A stretch of DNA of 64,000 bases from Pseudomonadota bacterium (lineage in GTDB: Bacteria; UBA10199; 2-02-FULL-44-16; DYJF01), in contig JBDRBB010000009.1 in NCBI GenBank assembly GCA_043823065.1, positions 1-64,000 of the forward strand, read 5' to 3'. Made by a program: the position numbers and the translations under genes. Under the pieces are notes generated by a model, which saw nothing but the letters and a program-made list of their open reading frames with translations, was not told the DNA's origin and searched no databases. Every line of letters starts with the position of its first letter. Positions within the stretch are counted from its first letter, which is position 1. Below are positions 47,743-57,643 of the stretch, piece after piece.

Positions 47743-50535
47743 ATGAATTACAAAGATACCTTGAATTTGCCTCAAACTGATTTTCCCATGAAGGCTAACC
47801 TTGCTCAGCGTGAGCCAGAGCAGCTGAAAACTTGGAAAGAAAATAGTCTTTATGCTCAATTAATTGAGCATAATAAAGATAAGCCAGCCTATATCCTGCA
47901 CGATGGCCCTCCCTATGCTAATGGCCATCTGCATTTGGGAACTATCTTAAATAAGATTCTTAAAGATATAGTTGTGAAATATAAAAACATGGCTGGCTTC
48001 AAATGTGAATATGTGCCTGGTTGGGATTGTCATGGTTTGCCCATTGAATTGGAAGTTGATAAAAAACTGGGTGGGAAGAAGCGTGAACTAAGCCCGTTGG
48101 CTAAAAGAAAAGCTTGCCGAGAACATGCTGAGAAATTTGTTAATATTCAAAGAGAAGAATTTCAGCGCTTAGGTTGTTTGGGCAAATGGGAAGCTCCTTA
48201 TCAAACCATGTCCTTTGCTTATGAAGCAACTATTGCCCGTGAGTTTGGGAAATTTGTTAAAAATGAAGGAGTATATCGCGAGAAAAAACCAATTTTGTGG
48301 TGTCCTTCTTGTGAAACAGCGCTGGCTGAAGCTGAAGTGGAATATGCAGATCATGAAGCGCCTTCAATTTATGTAAAATTTGAGTTAAAAGATGACCAAG
48401 ATTTTAGAAAAGAATGGAAATTAAAAGACGAAAAAATTTATGTGGTTATTTGGACTACCACACCTTGGACTATTCCAGCTAACCTGGGAATTTGTTTGCA
48501 CCCAGATTTGCCTTATGTGGCTGTTAAAGTTGATGGCGAAGTTTGGATAATGGCTGAAGGTTTAATGGAAACAGTCATGGCTGCTGCTGGCAAAACAAAT
48601 TACCTGGTAATTGGCCAGCCAACTTCCCAAAGCTTGGAACACAAGCACTGCCACCATCCTTTAATTGATCGTCCTTCAATATTAATTTTAGGCGAGCATG
48701 TGACTTTAGAAGCTGGAACAGGTGCAGTACACACAGCTCCTGGTCATGGCCAAGAAGATTATGAAGTTGGTTTAAGATATGGTTTGGATGTGTTTGCGCC
48801 AGTTGATAGCACTGGTAAATTTACTTCAGAAGTAAATATTGATGGTTTGCAGGGCTTATTTGTGGAAGCAGCCAATGACACTATTATCGAAAAACTAAAA
48901 CAGGTTAATGCCTTGGTAAAAAGTGATAAAGTTTCGCATTCCTATCCTCATTGTTGGCGTTGTAAAAAGCCAATTATTTTTCGTTCAACTGAGCAGTGGT
49001 TTATCTCCATGAAAAAAAATGATTTGCGCCAGAAATCATTAGAAGCAATTGAAAATGTGCAATGGATTCCACCTTGGGGCAGAAATCGCATTCATGGCAT
49101 GGTTTCGGTGCGCCCAGATTGGTGCATTTCCAGGCAGCGCATCTGGGGTGTGCCAATTGTTGCTGTGGTTTGTGAATCTTGCGGTTCAATTCAAACCTCT
49201 CCTGAACTGGTGGAAAACGCGGCTTTAGCATTTGAAAAACAGGGCGCAGATGCCTGGTTTAGTTTGCCAGTGGAAGATTTGTTGCCTGTTAATTTTAAGT
49301 GCAGCAATTGCGGGGAGACCAAACAATTTGGCAAAGAAAATGATATTTTAGATGTCTGGTTTGATTCAGGTGTTTCCTATGCTGCAGTTCTGGAAAATAC
49401 TTTGAATATTAAAGAACAGGCAGATTTATATTTAGAAGGTAGCGATCAACATCGTGGCTGGTTTCATACCTCGCTATTAACCTCTATTGGCACGCGCGGC
49501 CGCGCGCCTTATAAAAGGGTGTTAACTCATGGCTTTGTGGTAGATGGCCAAGGTAAAAAATATTCAAAATCAGCAAAAAATTACGTGCCGCCTGAAGAAT
49601 TAATCAAAAAACATGGTGCAGAGATTATTAGATATTGGGTTGCTGCTGAAGATTATCGGGATGATATTAGGTTTTCAGATGAAATTTTAACGCGCTTAAT
49701 TGATTCTTACCGCAAGATCAGAAACACTTGTCGTTATATTGTTTCTAATCTTAATGATTTTAATCCAGACAGGGATGCGCTTGCTTATAAAGAGCTCAAA
49801 GAAATAGATAAGTTTGCCCTGCATGATTTGCAAAAAGTGGTGAAAAAAGTTGAAGCAGCTTATAATAGTTTTCAGTTTCACGTAATTTCTCAAGAGCTCA
49901 ATCGCTTTTGCATTGTAGATTTATCAGCATTTGTTTTTGATATTATGAAAGATCGTTTGTACTGCGAGAAAAAAGATGGGGATTTGAGAAGATCAGGACA
50001 AACTGTATTGTGGCAGATAGGCGAAGCTTTGGTTAGGCTTATGGCGCCAATACTTTCCTTTACTGCAGATGAATTGTGGAAACACCTGCCAGCATATCAG
50101 GATAAAGCAAAAAACGTCTTTTTTGCTTCTTTGCCTCAAGTTGAAGAAAAATATATTAATGAAGAGTTGGGTGCGCGTTGGGAAAAAATGCGGCAAATTC
50201 GGGAAGTGGCAACTAAGGCCTTGGAAATGGCTAGGGCGGAAAAATTTATCGGCAATCCATTAGAAGCTAAGTTGATTTTGGAAACAACTGTTGAGCTCAA
50301 AGAATTTTTGAAAAGCTTTGGAGCAGATTTACCAGATCTTTTTATTGTTTCTCAAGTTGAATTTGGTTCAGCTCAAGGAAATTATATTTATGAAACTGAA
50401 GAAATGCCTGGCTTAAAGGTTGCAGTTGCCAAGGCTTCAGGTGCAAAATGTGGTCGGTGCTGGAAGTTTGCTGATAGTGTGGGAGAAAACAAAGAGCATC
50501 CGGAAATATGCGCTAGGTGTGCTAATGTTATTTAA
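47743..50535 (+). CDS. ileS: Isoleucyl-tRNA synthetase
   Basis: HDGPPYANG.LHLG, GWDCHGLP, WCISRQR, EGSDQHRGWF, KYSKS (KMSKS variant), C-terminal zinc finger. Confidence 0.96.
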   Translation: MNYKDTLNLPQTDFPMKANLAQREPEQLKTWKENSLYAQLIEHNKDKPAYILHDGPPYANGHLHLGTILNKILKDIVVKYKNMAGFKCEYVPGWDCHGLPIELEVDKKLGGKKRELSPLAKRKACREHAEKFVNIQREEFQRLGCLGKWEAPYQTMSFAYEATIAREFGKFVKNEGVYREKKPILWCPSCETALAEAEVEYADHEAPSIYVKFELKDDQDFRKEWKLKDEKIYVVIWTTTPWTIPANLGICLHPDLPYVAVKVDGEVWIMAEGLMETVMAAAGKTNYLVIGQPTSQSLEHKHCHHPLIDRPSILILGEHVTLEAGTGAVHTAPGHGQEDYEVGLRYGLDVFAPVDSTGKFTSEVNIDGLQGLFVEAANDTIIEKLKQVNALVKSDKVSHSYPHCWRCKKPIIFRSTEQWFISMKKNDLRQKSLEAIENVQWIPPWGRNRIHGMVSVRPDWCISRQRIWGVPIVAVVCESCGSIQTSPELVENAALAFEKQGADAWFSLPVEDLLPVNFKCSNCGETKQFGKENDILDVWFDSGVSYAAVLENTLNIKEQADLYLEGSDQHRGWFHTSLLTSIGTRGRAPYKRVLTHGFVVDGQGKKYSKSAKNYVPPEELIKKHGAEIIRYWVAAEDYRDDIRFSDEILTRLIDSYRKIRNTCRYIVSNLNDFNPDRDALAYKELKEIDKFALHDLQKVVKKVEAAYNSFQFHVISQELNRFCIVDLSAFVFDIMKDRLYCEKKDGDLRRSGQTVLWQIGEALVRLMAPILSFTADELWKHLPAYQDKAKNVFFASLPQVEEKYINEELGARWEKMRQIREVATKALEMARAEKFIGNPLEAKLILETTVELKEFLKSFGADLPDLFIVSQVEFGSAQGNYIYETEEMPGLKVAVAKASGAKCGRCWKFADSVGENKEHPEICARCANVI

Positions 50536-50537
50536 TG

Positions 50538-50653
50538 AATTTCTAAATATTAATATCTAAACTCTAAACAATATCAAAATTCAAATGATCAAAACTTTTT
50601 GAATTTTGGTAATTAGAATTTGTTTAGGATTTAGAATTTAGGATTTAGATATT
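50538..50653. repeat. Inverted AT-rich heptamer arrays (..CTAAA / TTTAG..)
   Basis: TTCTAAA..ATCTAAA CTCTAAACA on the left; TGTTTAG GATTTAG AATTTAG GATTTAG ATATT on the right. Confidence 0.65.
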
Positions 50654-50659
50654 AAATTT

Positions 50660-51190
50660 ATGCAATTTAAGTACAAAGTCCTTTTAATAATAACACCGTT
50701 GGTATTCCTCTTTGATCAGCTCACCAAGTGGCTGGTAATCAAAAATATTCCCTTATTTGGTAAAATTCCAATCATAGCTGGTTATCTTGATCTTGTGCAT
50801 TATCAAAATCCAGGTGCTGCTTTTGGTATGTTTGCCCAGGCTGCACCAGGTTTTCGCCAGCCATTTTTCTATATTGTCACAGTTGTTGCGATAATTATTT
50901 TTGCCATATATTTTTTAAAACTTTCCAAAGAGTCCAGGCTTTTGCCAATCACCTTTTCCCTGATTTTTGGCGGCATTGCCGGCAATATTATAGATCGCAT
51001 TCGTGTAGGTGCAGTAACTGATTTTATTTCTGTGCACATTCAATACAAGGTTGTTAACTGGACTTTATGGGGAAAAAATATTTCTATTCCACTTGATTGG
51101 CCAGCATTTAATGTAGCAGATAGCGCGATTACTATTGCTATGTGTTTGTTGATTATTTCGGTTTTTAAAACTGATCGGGGGAGTTTATGA
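50660..51190 (+). CDS. lspA: Lipoprotein signal peptidase II
   Basis: DQLTK, NPGAAFG, GNIIDR, VTDF, FNVAD. Confidence 0.93.
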   Translation: MQFKYKVLLIITPLVFLFDQLTKWLVIKNIPLFGKIPIIAGYLDLVHYQNPGAAFGMFAQAAPGFRQPFFYIVTVVAIIIFAIYFLKLSKESRLLPITFSLIFGGIAGNIIDRIRVGAVTDFISVHIQYKVVNWTLWGKNISIPLDWPAFNVADSAITIAMCLLIISVFKTDRGSL

Positions 51191-51987
51191 GACCAATTCT
51201 TTTTCAAATTGGCCCGCTAGAAGTGCCAGCTTTTTTCTTTATGATTATGTTGGCCGTGCTTTCAGCAACTTTCTATGCCCAGTGGTTGGCTAAAAGAGAA
51301 GGAGCTGATCCGGTAGTTTTACTCGATTTTGGCATTTTGGCTATTATTGCTTCTGTGCTGGGTTCCAGGATTTTTCATATCTTAATTGAAAATCCAGCTT
51401 ACTATTGGGAAAAACCAATTCGGGTTTTTTATTTCTGGCAGGGCGGGTTTGTTTCAATTGGAGCTTATGTTTTTACGATTATAGCCATGCTGATTTATAT
51501 TCGCTGGCGACATTTGGATAGCCTGCGCTATTTTGATATTTCAGCAACAGCCATTCCTTTGGCTATATTTTTTGTGCGAGTTGGTTGTTTAGCTGCTGGT
51601 TGCTGCTATGGCAAGCCCACAGATTTTTGCATACATCTAACATTTAATGATCCAGGAACTGCAGCTGGTTATTATCATTTAGGAGAACCTTTGCATGCTA
51701 CCCAACTTTATAACATGATCAACGCTCTGATTATGGGCGGAGTTTTATATTTAGTTTATAAACATCGCAAATTTAAGGGCCAAGTGTTAGCAACTTTTTT
51801 TATCTATTATGGTGTAACTCGTTTCATGATTGAATTTTTACGTGGTGATGAAGACCGTGGCCTATTTTTTGGCGATCTGCTTTCCACCGGCCAAATTGCC
51901 ATGCTGGTTTCAATTGGGGTAGGTATATTTTTATATATTTGGTTGTCAAAAAAAGGAGCAAGGGGTTGTCATCCTGACCACCTATGA
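51187..51987 (+). CDS. lgt: Prolipoprotein diacylglyceryl transferase, divergent copy 2
   Basis: GSRI, WQGG, RVGC.AAGCCYG, HATQLY, RFMIEFLRGD. Confidence 0.8.
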   Translation: MRPILFQIGPLEVPAFFFMIMLAVLSATFYAQWLAKREGADPVVLLDFGILAIIASVLGSRIFHILIENPAYYWEKPIRVFYFWQGGFVSIGAYVFTIIAMLIYIRWRHLDSLRYFDISATAIPLAIFFVRVGCLAAGCCYGKPTDFCIHLTFNDPGTAAGYYHLGEPLHATQLYNMINALIMGGVLYLVYKHRKFKGQVLATFFIYYGVTRFMIEFLRGDEDRGLFFGDLLSTGQIAMLVSIGVGIFLYIWLSKKGARGCHPDHL

Positions 51988-52655
51988 ACCCAACATCCAA
52001 AAAACTAATCTACGAACTAGCTATTGTAACTATAGCAGTCTTGGTTTTAGCCCGTCTCTTATTATTATTAAACAATATTTCCTGGGCTTATAATTATGTT
52101 CCAGCTTTGGTGGCTATTGTGCTTTTGTATGGGCCAATCTTAGTGCTTTGGAAAAGAGGCCGTCCCATAGATTTTATTGAAAGAGATAAAAATGCAGTCA
52201 GAAGGTCTGTGCTTGCTTTTATTATTGCTGCTTTAATTGTTTTTCCTGTTTTTTTTGTAGTAGCTCATTTTTGGCAAATCCTAGTGTTTAAGAAAAACTT
52301 TTTAGGATGGGCAACTTTTTCCAATATCTGGCAGCTAGTTTTATATCAATTAATTATCGTGGCTTTGCCTGAAGAATTTTTCTTTCGCGGTTATTTTGAG
52401 TCCACAATTGATCGAGTTTTCTTGGAACGCAGAAAATTTTTAGGAGTAGAGTTGGGTTGGGGTTGGTTAATTACAGCTGTGGTTTTTGCCTTTGCTCACA
52501 GTGTGATCACCTACCAGTGGTGGCACTTTTCAATTTTTTTCCCAGCCTTGCTCTTTGGTTATCTACGTTTGCGCACCGGCAATATCTTAGCCCCCATCCT
52601 CTTCCATGCCACTTCCAATATCTTTATGAATTGGTTTTCCAGGATGTATGTGTGA
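51984..52655 (+). CDS. CPBP/CAAX-family glutamic intramembrane protease (MrtC/MXAN_2755-like)
   Basis: PEEFFFRGY, FAFAH, FFPALLFG, FHA..N. Confidence 0.8.
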   Translation: MNPTSKKLIYELAIVTIAVLVLARLLLLLNNISWAYNYVPALVAIVLLYGPILVLWKRGRPIDFIERDKNAVRRSVLAFIIAALIVFPVFFVVAHFWQILVFKKNFLGWATFSNIWQLVLYQLIIVALPEEFFFRGYFESTIDRVFLERRKFLGVELGWGWLITAVVFAFAHSVITYQWWHFSIFFPALLFGYLRLRTGNILAPILFHATSNIFMNWFSRMYV

Positions 52656-52810
52656 TAAAAACTCTCGGTTTCCACCACTCTCATTATACCATAACTATAT
52701 GTAATTACAGTATTTTTAGTTGATTTAGATCTTAGATTCATATTGCTCTGTATATAACAAAATTATCATTGTTTATTATTATTAGATAAACTATAATAAC
52801 TTTATTATAT

Positions 52811-53989
52811 ATGGACCCACGCACCAACCCCTATGCTCCTGGAGCAGGCACTATACCACCTGAACTGGCAGGCCGTGACGACATAATTGAGAAAGCATCA
52901 ATTGCTTTGGATCGTTGTCGAAATAGGCTTGCTACAAGAGGTCTTTTTTTTGTTGGTTTACGAGGTGTCGGAAAAACCGTTTTGCTTGCTCGCATTTCGC
53001 AGGATGCTGAAGCAAATGGGTTTGCTATAGTTTCAATTGAAACACCGGAAAAACGTTCATTGCCAGCATTGCTGATACCTAATTTAAGAACAGCTCTTCT
53101 AAAATTAGATAGAATGGCAGCCACAGGTGATATAGTAAAACGTGCTTTACGAGCTCTCGGCGGTTTTGTTGGTGCAATGAAAGTTAAATATCAAGATGTT
53201 GAATTCGGGCTAGATTTGGGCGCTGAACCAGGTGTGGCAGATACAGGTGATCTTGAACATGATCTTACTGCCCTTTTTATTGAAGTAGGCGAGGCTGCCA
53301 AAGAGAAGAATACAGCTCTTATTCTTTTCATTGATGAAATTCAATATATTAATGAAGAGCAATTTGCAGCTTTGATTATGGCCGTTCATAAATGTACTCA
53401 AAAACAGCTCCCCATTACACTTATTGGTGCTGGTTTGCCTCAACTTATTGGTCAGGCTGGCCGTGCAAAATCTTACGCTGAGAGATTATTCGAATACATT
53501 GAAATAGGACCTCTTACTAAAGCTGCTGCCAAGAAAGCATTGGAAACTCCAGCTTCAAAGTTGGGAGTGAACTACGAAAAAGAAGCTTTGGACATAATTT
53601 TGAAACATACCCAAGCTTATCCATATTTTTTGCAAGAGTGGGGCAAACATTGTTGGAATTGTACAAAACATTCACCCATTACCCAACTTGATGTATCTTC
53701 TGCTACTGAATTGGCAATCTCCGAGCTTGATGCTGGTTTTTTTCGAGTTCGCTTTGATCGCTTAACGCCAAGCGAAAAAAGGTATTTGCGAGCCATGGCA
53801 GAACTAGGAATTGGTCCTCATAGATCTGGGGATATTGCCAATTTGTTACAAAGAGAGGTTCAGGCTGTTGCGCCCATTCGAGCTTCTTTGATTCATAAGG
53901 GAATGATTTATAGCCCTTCGCATGGTGACAATAGTTTTACAGTGCCGTTATTTGACTGTTATTTGAAACGTGTTATACCAGTTTTTTAA
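52811..53989 (+). CDS. AAA-family ATP-binding protein with probable C-terminal winged helix
   Basis: NPYAPGAG..PP.LAGR, Walker A GLRGVGKT, Walker B FIDEIQ, SYAERLF, FTVPLF. Confidence 0.8.
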   Translation: MDPRTNPYAPGAGTIPPELAGRDDIIEKASIALDRCRNRLATRGLFFVGLRGVGKTVLLARISQDAEANGFAIVSIETPEKRSLPALLIPNLRTALLKLDRMAATGDIVKRALRALGGFVGAMKVKYQDVEFGLDLGAEPGVADTGDLEHDLTALFIEVGEAAKEKNTALILFIDEIQYINEEQFAALIMAVHKCTQKQLPITLIGAGLPQLIGQAGRAKSYAERLFEYIEIGPLTKAAAKKALETPASKLGVNYEKEALDIILKHTQAYPYFLQEWGKHCWNCTKHSPITQLDVSSATELAISELDAGFFRVRFDRLTPSEKRYLRAMAELGIGPHRSGDIANLLQREVQAVAPIRASLIHKGMIYSPSHGDNSFTVPLFDCYLKRVIPVF

Positions 53990-54621
53990 AACTCACAGCT
54001 GTGATGGGACAGGTTAAGTATTTCATCTATAATTTTTTCAGCGGCAGTTTTTTTGGAGCATCTGGCTATTTTTGTAGAACTGCCGTCTTTTTTCACAATC
54101 AATATTTTAGTTTCATTTGAGCCAAAGATGTTATTTTTTCCCACATCATTGGCAACAATTAGATCTGCTTGGGATTTCTGCATGGATGCCAGCGCTGCCT
54201 GCTTCAAAATCGGTTCATCTTGATTTACTTCTGCCTTAAAGGAAATGAGTTTAATATTTGGATTCCATAGTTTGATGGAATTTACGATTTTTTCATTGGG
54301 AATTAATTCAAGGGATAATTTTTGATTAGAATCAATTTTGCCATTAATTTGTTTCACTCTAAAATCACTAATAGCTGCACAGTGGATTATAACGTCATGT
54401 GTAGGAACTTCATTTTTTATAGCTTGATACATTGTCTTAAAATTAGACGCGCTAACTTGTTTCAGTAACACTTTTGGTTCCACCGTTGTTCTGGCCTTAA
54501 TCAAAGTAACTTGTGCGCCTCTTTTAACAAGCTCTTCAGCCAAGCAAATACCCATTTTCCCAGATGAGCGATTAGTAATTACCCGTACCTTATCAATAGG
54601 TTCTTCAGTACCACCAGCTGT
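53986..54621 (-). pseudogene. coaB: 5'-truncated phosphopantothenate-cysteine ligase (CoaB domain of coaBC)
   Basis: Frame continues upstream of ATG 54555 as TAGGTEEPIDKVRVITNRSSGKMG, then runs into the inverted-repeat element and a stop with no start codon; AAISDF, SFKAE, IVAND present. Confidence 0.75.
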
Positions 54622-54624
54622 ATA

Positions 54625-54815
54625 ATATTTGGGGACGTTTCCCCTATTCTTAACACATTAATATTATTGCTAAATAAAAGGCGAGTTGAATTTTTTGTGC
54701 TATTGAGGCTTCTATATCGTTCTTCAGGTTTCTAGAGGTTTAAAAAATTCAAGTCATCCAGAATTGATTAATTATTTCAATATGTTAATTAGGGGGGAAA
54801 CGTCCCCAAAAATAT
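54625..54815. mobile_element. MITE-like non-coding element with terminal inverted repeats
   Basis: ATATTTGGGGACGTTTCCCC (54625-54644) and GGGGAAACGTCCCCAAAAATAT (54794-54815), with further imperfect arms TTAACA/TGTTAA and TTGAATTTTTT/AAAAAATTCAA. Confidence 0.6.
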
Positions 54816-54823
54816 CAAGAATA

Positions 54824-56338
54824 TTATCTGGATTTCATTTTAGACTTAATATGTGGGCGGTATTTTTGGTAAGCTTCGATTAGATCGTCAGTGGTTTTTC
54901 TAGCTTTTAATTCAATTTTGTGACCAGCAGAATGTAATTCATTTCCTGCATGTTGGTAAAACTGCTTGAGTTGATCCACAAATTCAAAATTGCTCTTTCT
55001 CCACTTGCGCATAAACCTATAACCATAGGCGCGAATAAGCATGGTCCAGATATCAAAACGATTTAAGCCAGCCAAAATTTGGCGCACAGAATAAAAACGA
55101 ATCATGGATCTAACAGTCTCCACTTGCAAATCTAGCATGCTTATTTTGTTAGGTTTGAAAACTACATGGTGACCGTCATAATAACTCCAGTCACAAGGGA
55201 TTAAACGACCCTCTTTTTCTATGTTATGATAAAGCTGGGTGCCAGGAAGAGGTACTAGAATCATAAATTGCACAGATTCAATCTGCATTTTTTTGGCGAA
55301 TTTTACGGTTTTGCGAAAAGTATCCAAATCATCATGTTCAGCGCCAAAGATAAACATGCCATGGATCTTAATCCCATACCTATGGATTATTTTAATCGCT
55401 TCTTTTATTTCATCCACACTTTGGCTTTTCTTAAATTCTTCTAAGGCCTTGGGATTAATAGATTCAAAACCAATATAGAGTTGCCTGCATTTGGATTTTT
55501 TTAAGAGCTCCATCAGCTCCAGATCTTTAACAATATCTGTGCGCACTTGAGCAGACCAGGGTACAACTAAGTTCTCATTGATCATGCGCTGCAAAAAATC
55601 TTTAGCCCGCTTTTTATTGGCTGTGAAATTATCATCATAGAAGAAAATCCATTCTGGTTTTTTCTCTTTAATTTCCTGAATTACATGATCGTTAGAGCGA
55701 TAACGATAGCGCTTGCCAAACATCTCGGTTACTGAGCAAAAATTGCAGTCAAAAGGGCAGCCTCTGGAAGTTTGAATGGGGGTTATTTCGTATTGATTAT
55801 CAGCATCATTATAGCCGTGGATTAAAGAAAAATCAGGTATAGGATATTTATCCAAATCAGCGCAAAAAGGCGGAATTTCATTATGCCGGATATGATGGCC
55901 CATCTGATAGGAAAGGCCAGGTATTTTTTCAATGCCAGTACCTGTTTCCAAAGCCTTAATTAGATCCACAATGGTATCTTCCGCTTCGCCGCGAACTACA
56001 TAATCAGCATATTTAAGTGCTTCTTCAGGTAAAAAAGTAACATGTGGTCCACCCATAAAGACTGGGATGCCAGCTTTGCGTACTTGGTTGGCAATTTCAA
56101 AGGCCCTGGGAGCAGTCGAAGTAATGGTGGAAATGCCCACTACATCAGCATTAAACAGTTCTTCAAAGTCTATGGGCTTAATTTCTTCTACAAAGATTTT
56201 AACATCATAACCATGTTGTTTAAGAATTGTGCCCAAAATGATAGTGCCTAGTCTAGGTAATCCCCATTTTAGATAAATATGATAGCCAGGTGCTTTTGGT
56301 TCAATAAAAACTATTTTTTTAATGGGTTTTTGGTCCAT
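54824..56338 (-). CDS. Cobalamin-binding radical SAM protein
   Basis: PRLG, GGPHVTF.P, RGEAE, SRGCPFDCNFC, YDDNF, GFES, PLPGT, YDG.HVV. Confidence 0.85.
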   Translation of the reverse strand: MDQKPIKKIVFIEPKAPGYHIYLKWGLPRLGTIILGTILKQHGYDVKIFVEEIKPIDFEELFNADVVGISTITSTAPRAFEIANQVRKAGIPVFMGGPHVTFLPEEALKYADYVVRGEAEDTIVDLIKALETGTGIEKIPGLSYQMGHHIRHNEIPPFCADLDKYPIPDFSLIHGYNDADNQYEITPIQTSRGCPFDCNFCSVTEMFGKRYRYRSNDHVIQEIKEKKPEWIFFYDDNFTANKKRAKDFLQRMINENLVVPWSAQVRTDIVKDLELMELLKKSKCRQLYIGFESINPKALEEFKKSQSVDEIKEAIKIIHRYGIKIHGMFIFGAEHDDLDTFRKTVKFAKKMQIESVQFMILVPLPGTQLYHNIEKEGRLIPCDWSYYDGHHVVFKPNKISMLDLQVETVRSMIRFYSVRQILAGLNRFDIWTMLIRAYGYRFMRKWRKSNFEFVDQLKQFYQHAGNELHSAGHKIELKARKTTDDLIEAYQKYRPHIKSKMKSR

Positions 56339-56389
56339 AAACAGGGGCAATAGAATATTATTTTTGAGTATAATGCAAGTCTTTGTGTG

Positions 56390-57484
56390 TTAGATATTAA
56401 ACCTAAAATGAATGATATCTCCGTCTTGAATAATATAGTTGTGGCCTTCAATGCGCAGCAGACTAGACTCTTTTAGAGCCTGCTCAGAGCCTACTTTAAT
56501 CAAATCTTCATAAGCATAAACTTCAGCCCGGATAAATCCTTTTTCAAAATCAGTGTGAATTTTGCCAGCAGCCTGCGGCGCTTTGGTGCCTTTTTTCACG
56601 GTCCAGGCCTTTACTTCTGGGCCATCTTTAGTGAAAAAAGTAACTAAATCCAAAAGCTGGTAGCCTGCATGGATTAAGCGTTCTAGACCCGATTCTTCCA
56701 GCCCCAAATCTGCCAAAAAATCTTTTTGCTCTTCTAAAGAAAGATCAGCCAACTCTCCTTCAATGCTGCCGCAAATATAAATAGACTGAGAATTTTCTTT
56801 CTGAGCCAAGCTTTCTACTTGTTTAACTCGTTCAGAAGGGCGCTTGATATCAGTCTCATTAACATTGCAGACATAAAGAATTGGTTTATCAGTAAGCAAG
56901 AAGAAATTATGAGTTAGCTCCAATTCTTCAATACTTAAATTCAACAGGCGAATAGGCGTGCCTGCTTCCAGACCGCTTTTTATTTTTTCCATAAGGCTAA
57001 GCAACTTCTTTGCCTCTTTTTCACCGCTCTTGGCCTGGGGAAGGAGTTTTTCATAACGCTTATTAATTGTTTCCAGATCAGCCAGCATTAGTTCAGTATT
57101 AATGATCTGAATATCATGAATTGGATCTAGGTTTTCATAAGGATGAGCAACTTGAGGTGCGTCAAAACAACGCACAACATGGGCAATGGCATCTACTTCA
57201 CGAATATTGGCTAAAAAGCGATTGCCCAGGCCCTCGCCTTTGTGGGCATTTTCCACCAGGCCTGCAATATCCACAAATTCGACTTTAGTATTAACTATGC
57301 GTTCTGGCTTAAAAATAGCAGCAATTTGAGCTAACCTTGGGTCAGGAACATTAACCATGCCCACGTGATGATCTGTGGTGCAAAACGGATAATTTTCCGC
57401 AGGCACATGTTGGCTAGTCAGGGCATTAAAAAGTGTTGATTTGCCAACATTTGGAAGACCAATTATGCCACAATTAAAGCCCAT
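56390..57484 (-). CDS. ychF: Redox-regulated ATPase YchF
   Basis: [44 protein letters not shown]; true start ATG 57484. Confidence 0.95.
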   Translation of the reverse strand: MGFNCGIIGLPNVGKSTLFNALTSQHVPAENYPFCTTDHHVGMVNVPDPRLAQIAAIFKPERIVNTKVEFVDIAGLVENAHKGEGLGNRFLANIREVDAIAHVVRCFDAPQVAHPYENLDPIHDIQIINTELMLADLETINKRYEKLLPQAKSGEKEAKKLLSLMEKIKSGLEAGTPIRLLNLSIEELELTHNFFLLTDKPILYVCNVNETDIKRPSERVKQVESLAQKENSQSIYICGSIEGELADLSLEEQKDFLADLGLEESGLERLIHAGYQLLDLVTFFTKDGPEVKAWTVKKGTKAPQAAGKIHTDFEKGFIRAEVYAYEDLIKVGSEQALKESSLLRIEGHNYIIQDGDIIHFRFNI

Positions 57485-57530
57485 GTTGGTTTCATGGCAT
57501 GAACAAATGGAGAGATCAATGTTAAAACTG

Positions 57531-57600
57531 CATCGACCATAGACCATAGACAATTGACCCTGTAGGGTTTGTGGTCCATAGTCAATGGTCATTGGTCTAT
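57531..57600. repeat. Inverted heptamer arrays (CATAGAC / GTCxATG)
   Basis: CATCGAC CATAGAC CATAGAC AATTGAC ... GTCCATA GTCAATG GTCATTG GTCTAT. Confidence 0.65.
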
Positions 57601-57643
57601 ATTTTTACTGATATTTATAAAGAATATGCTAATTAATATGTTT

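Noticed and set aside
57485..57643. Overlapping N-terminal extensions of ychF and rimO
   Set aside because: Derived from the heptamer arrays; conserved N-termini start at 57484 and 57644
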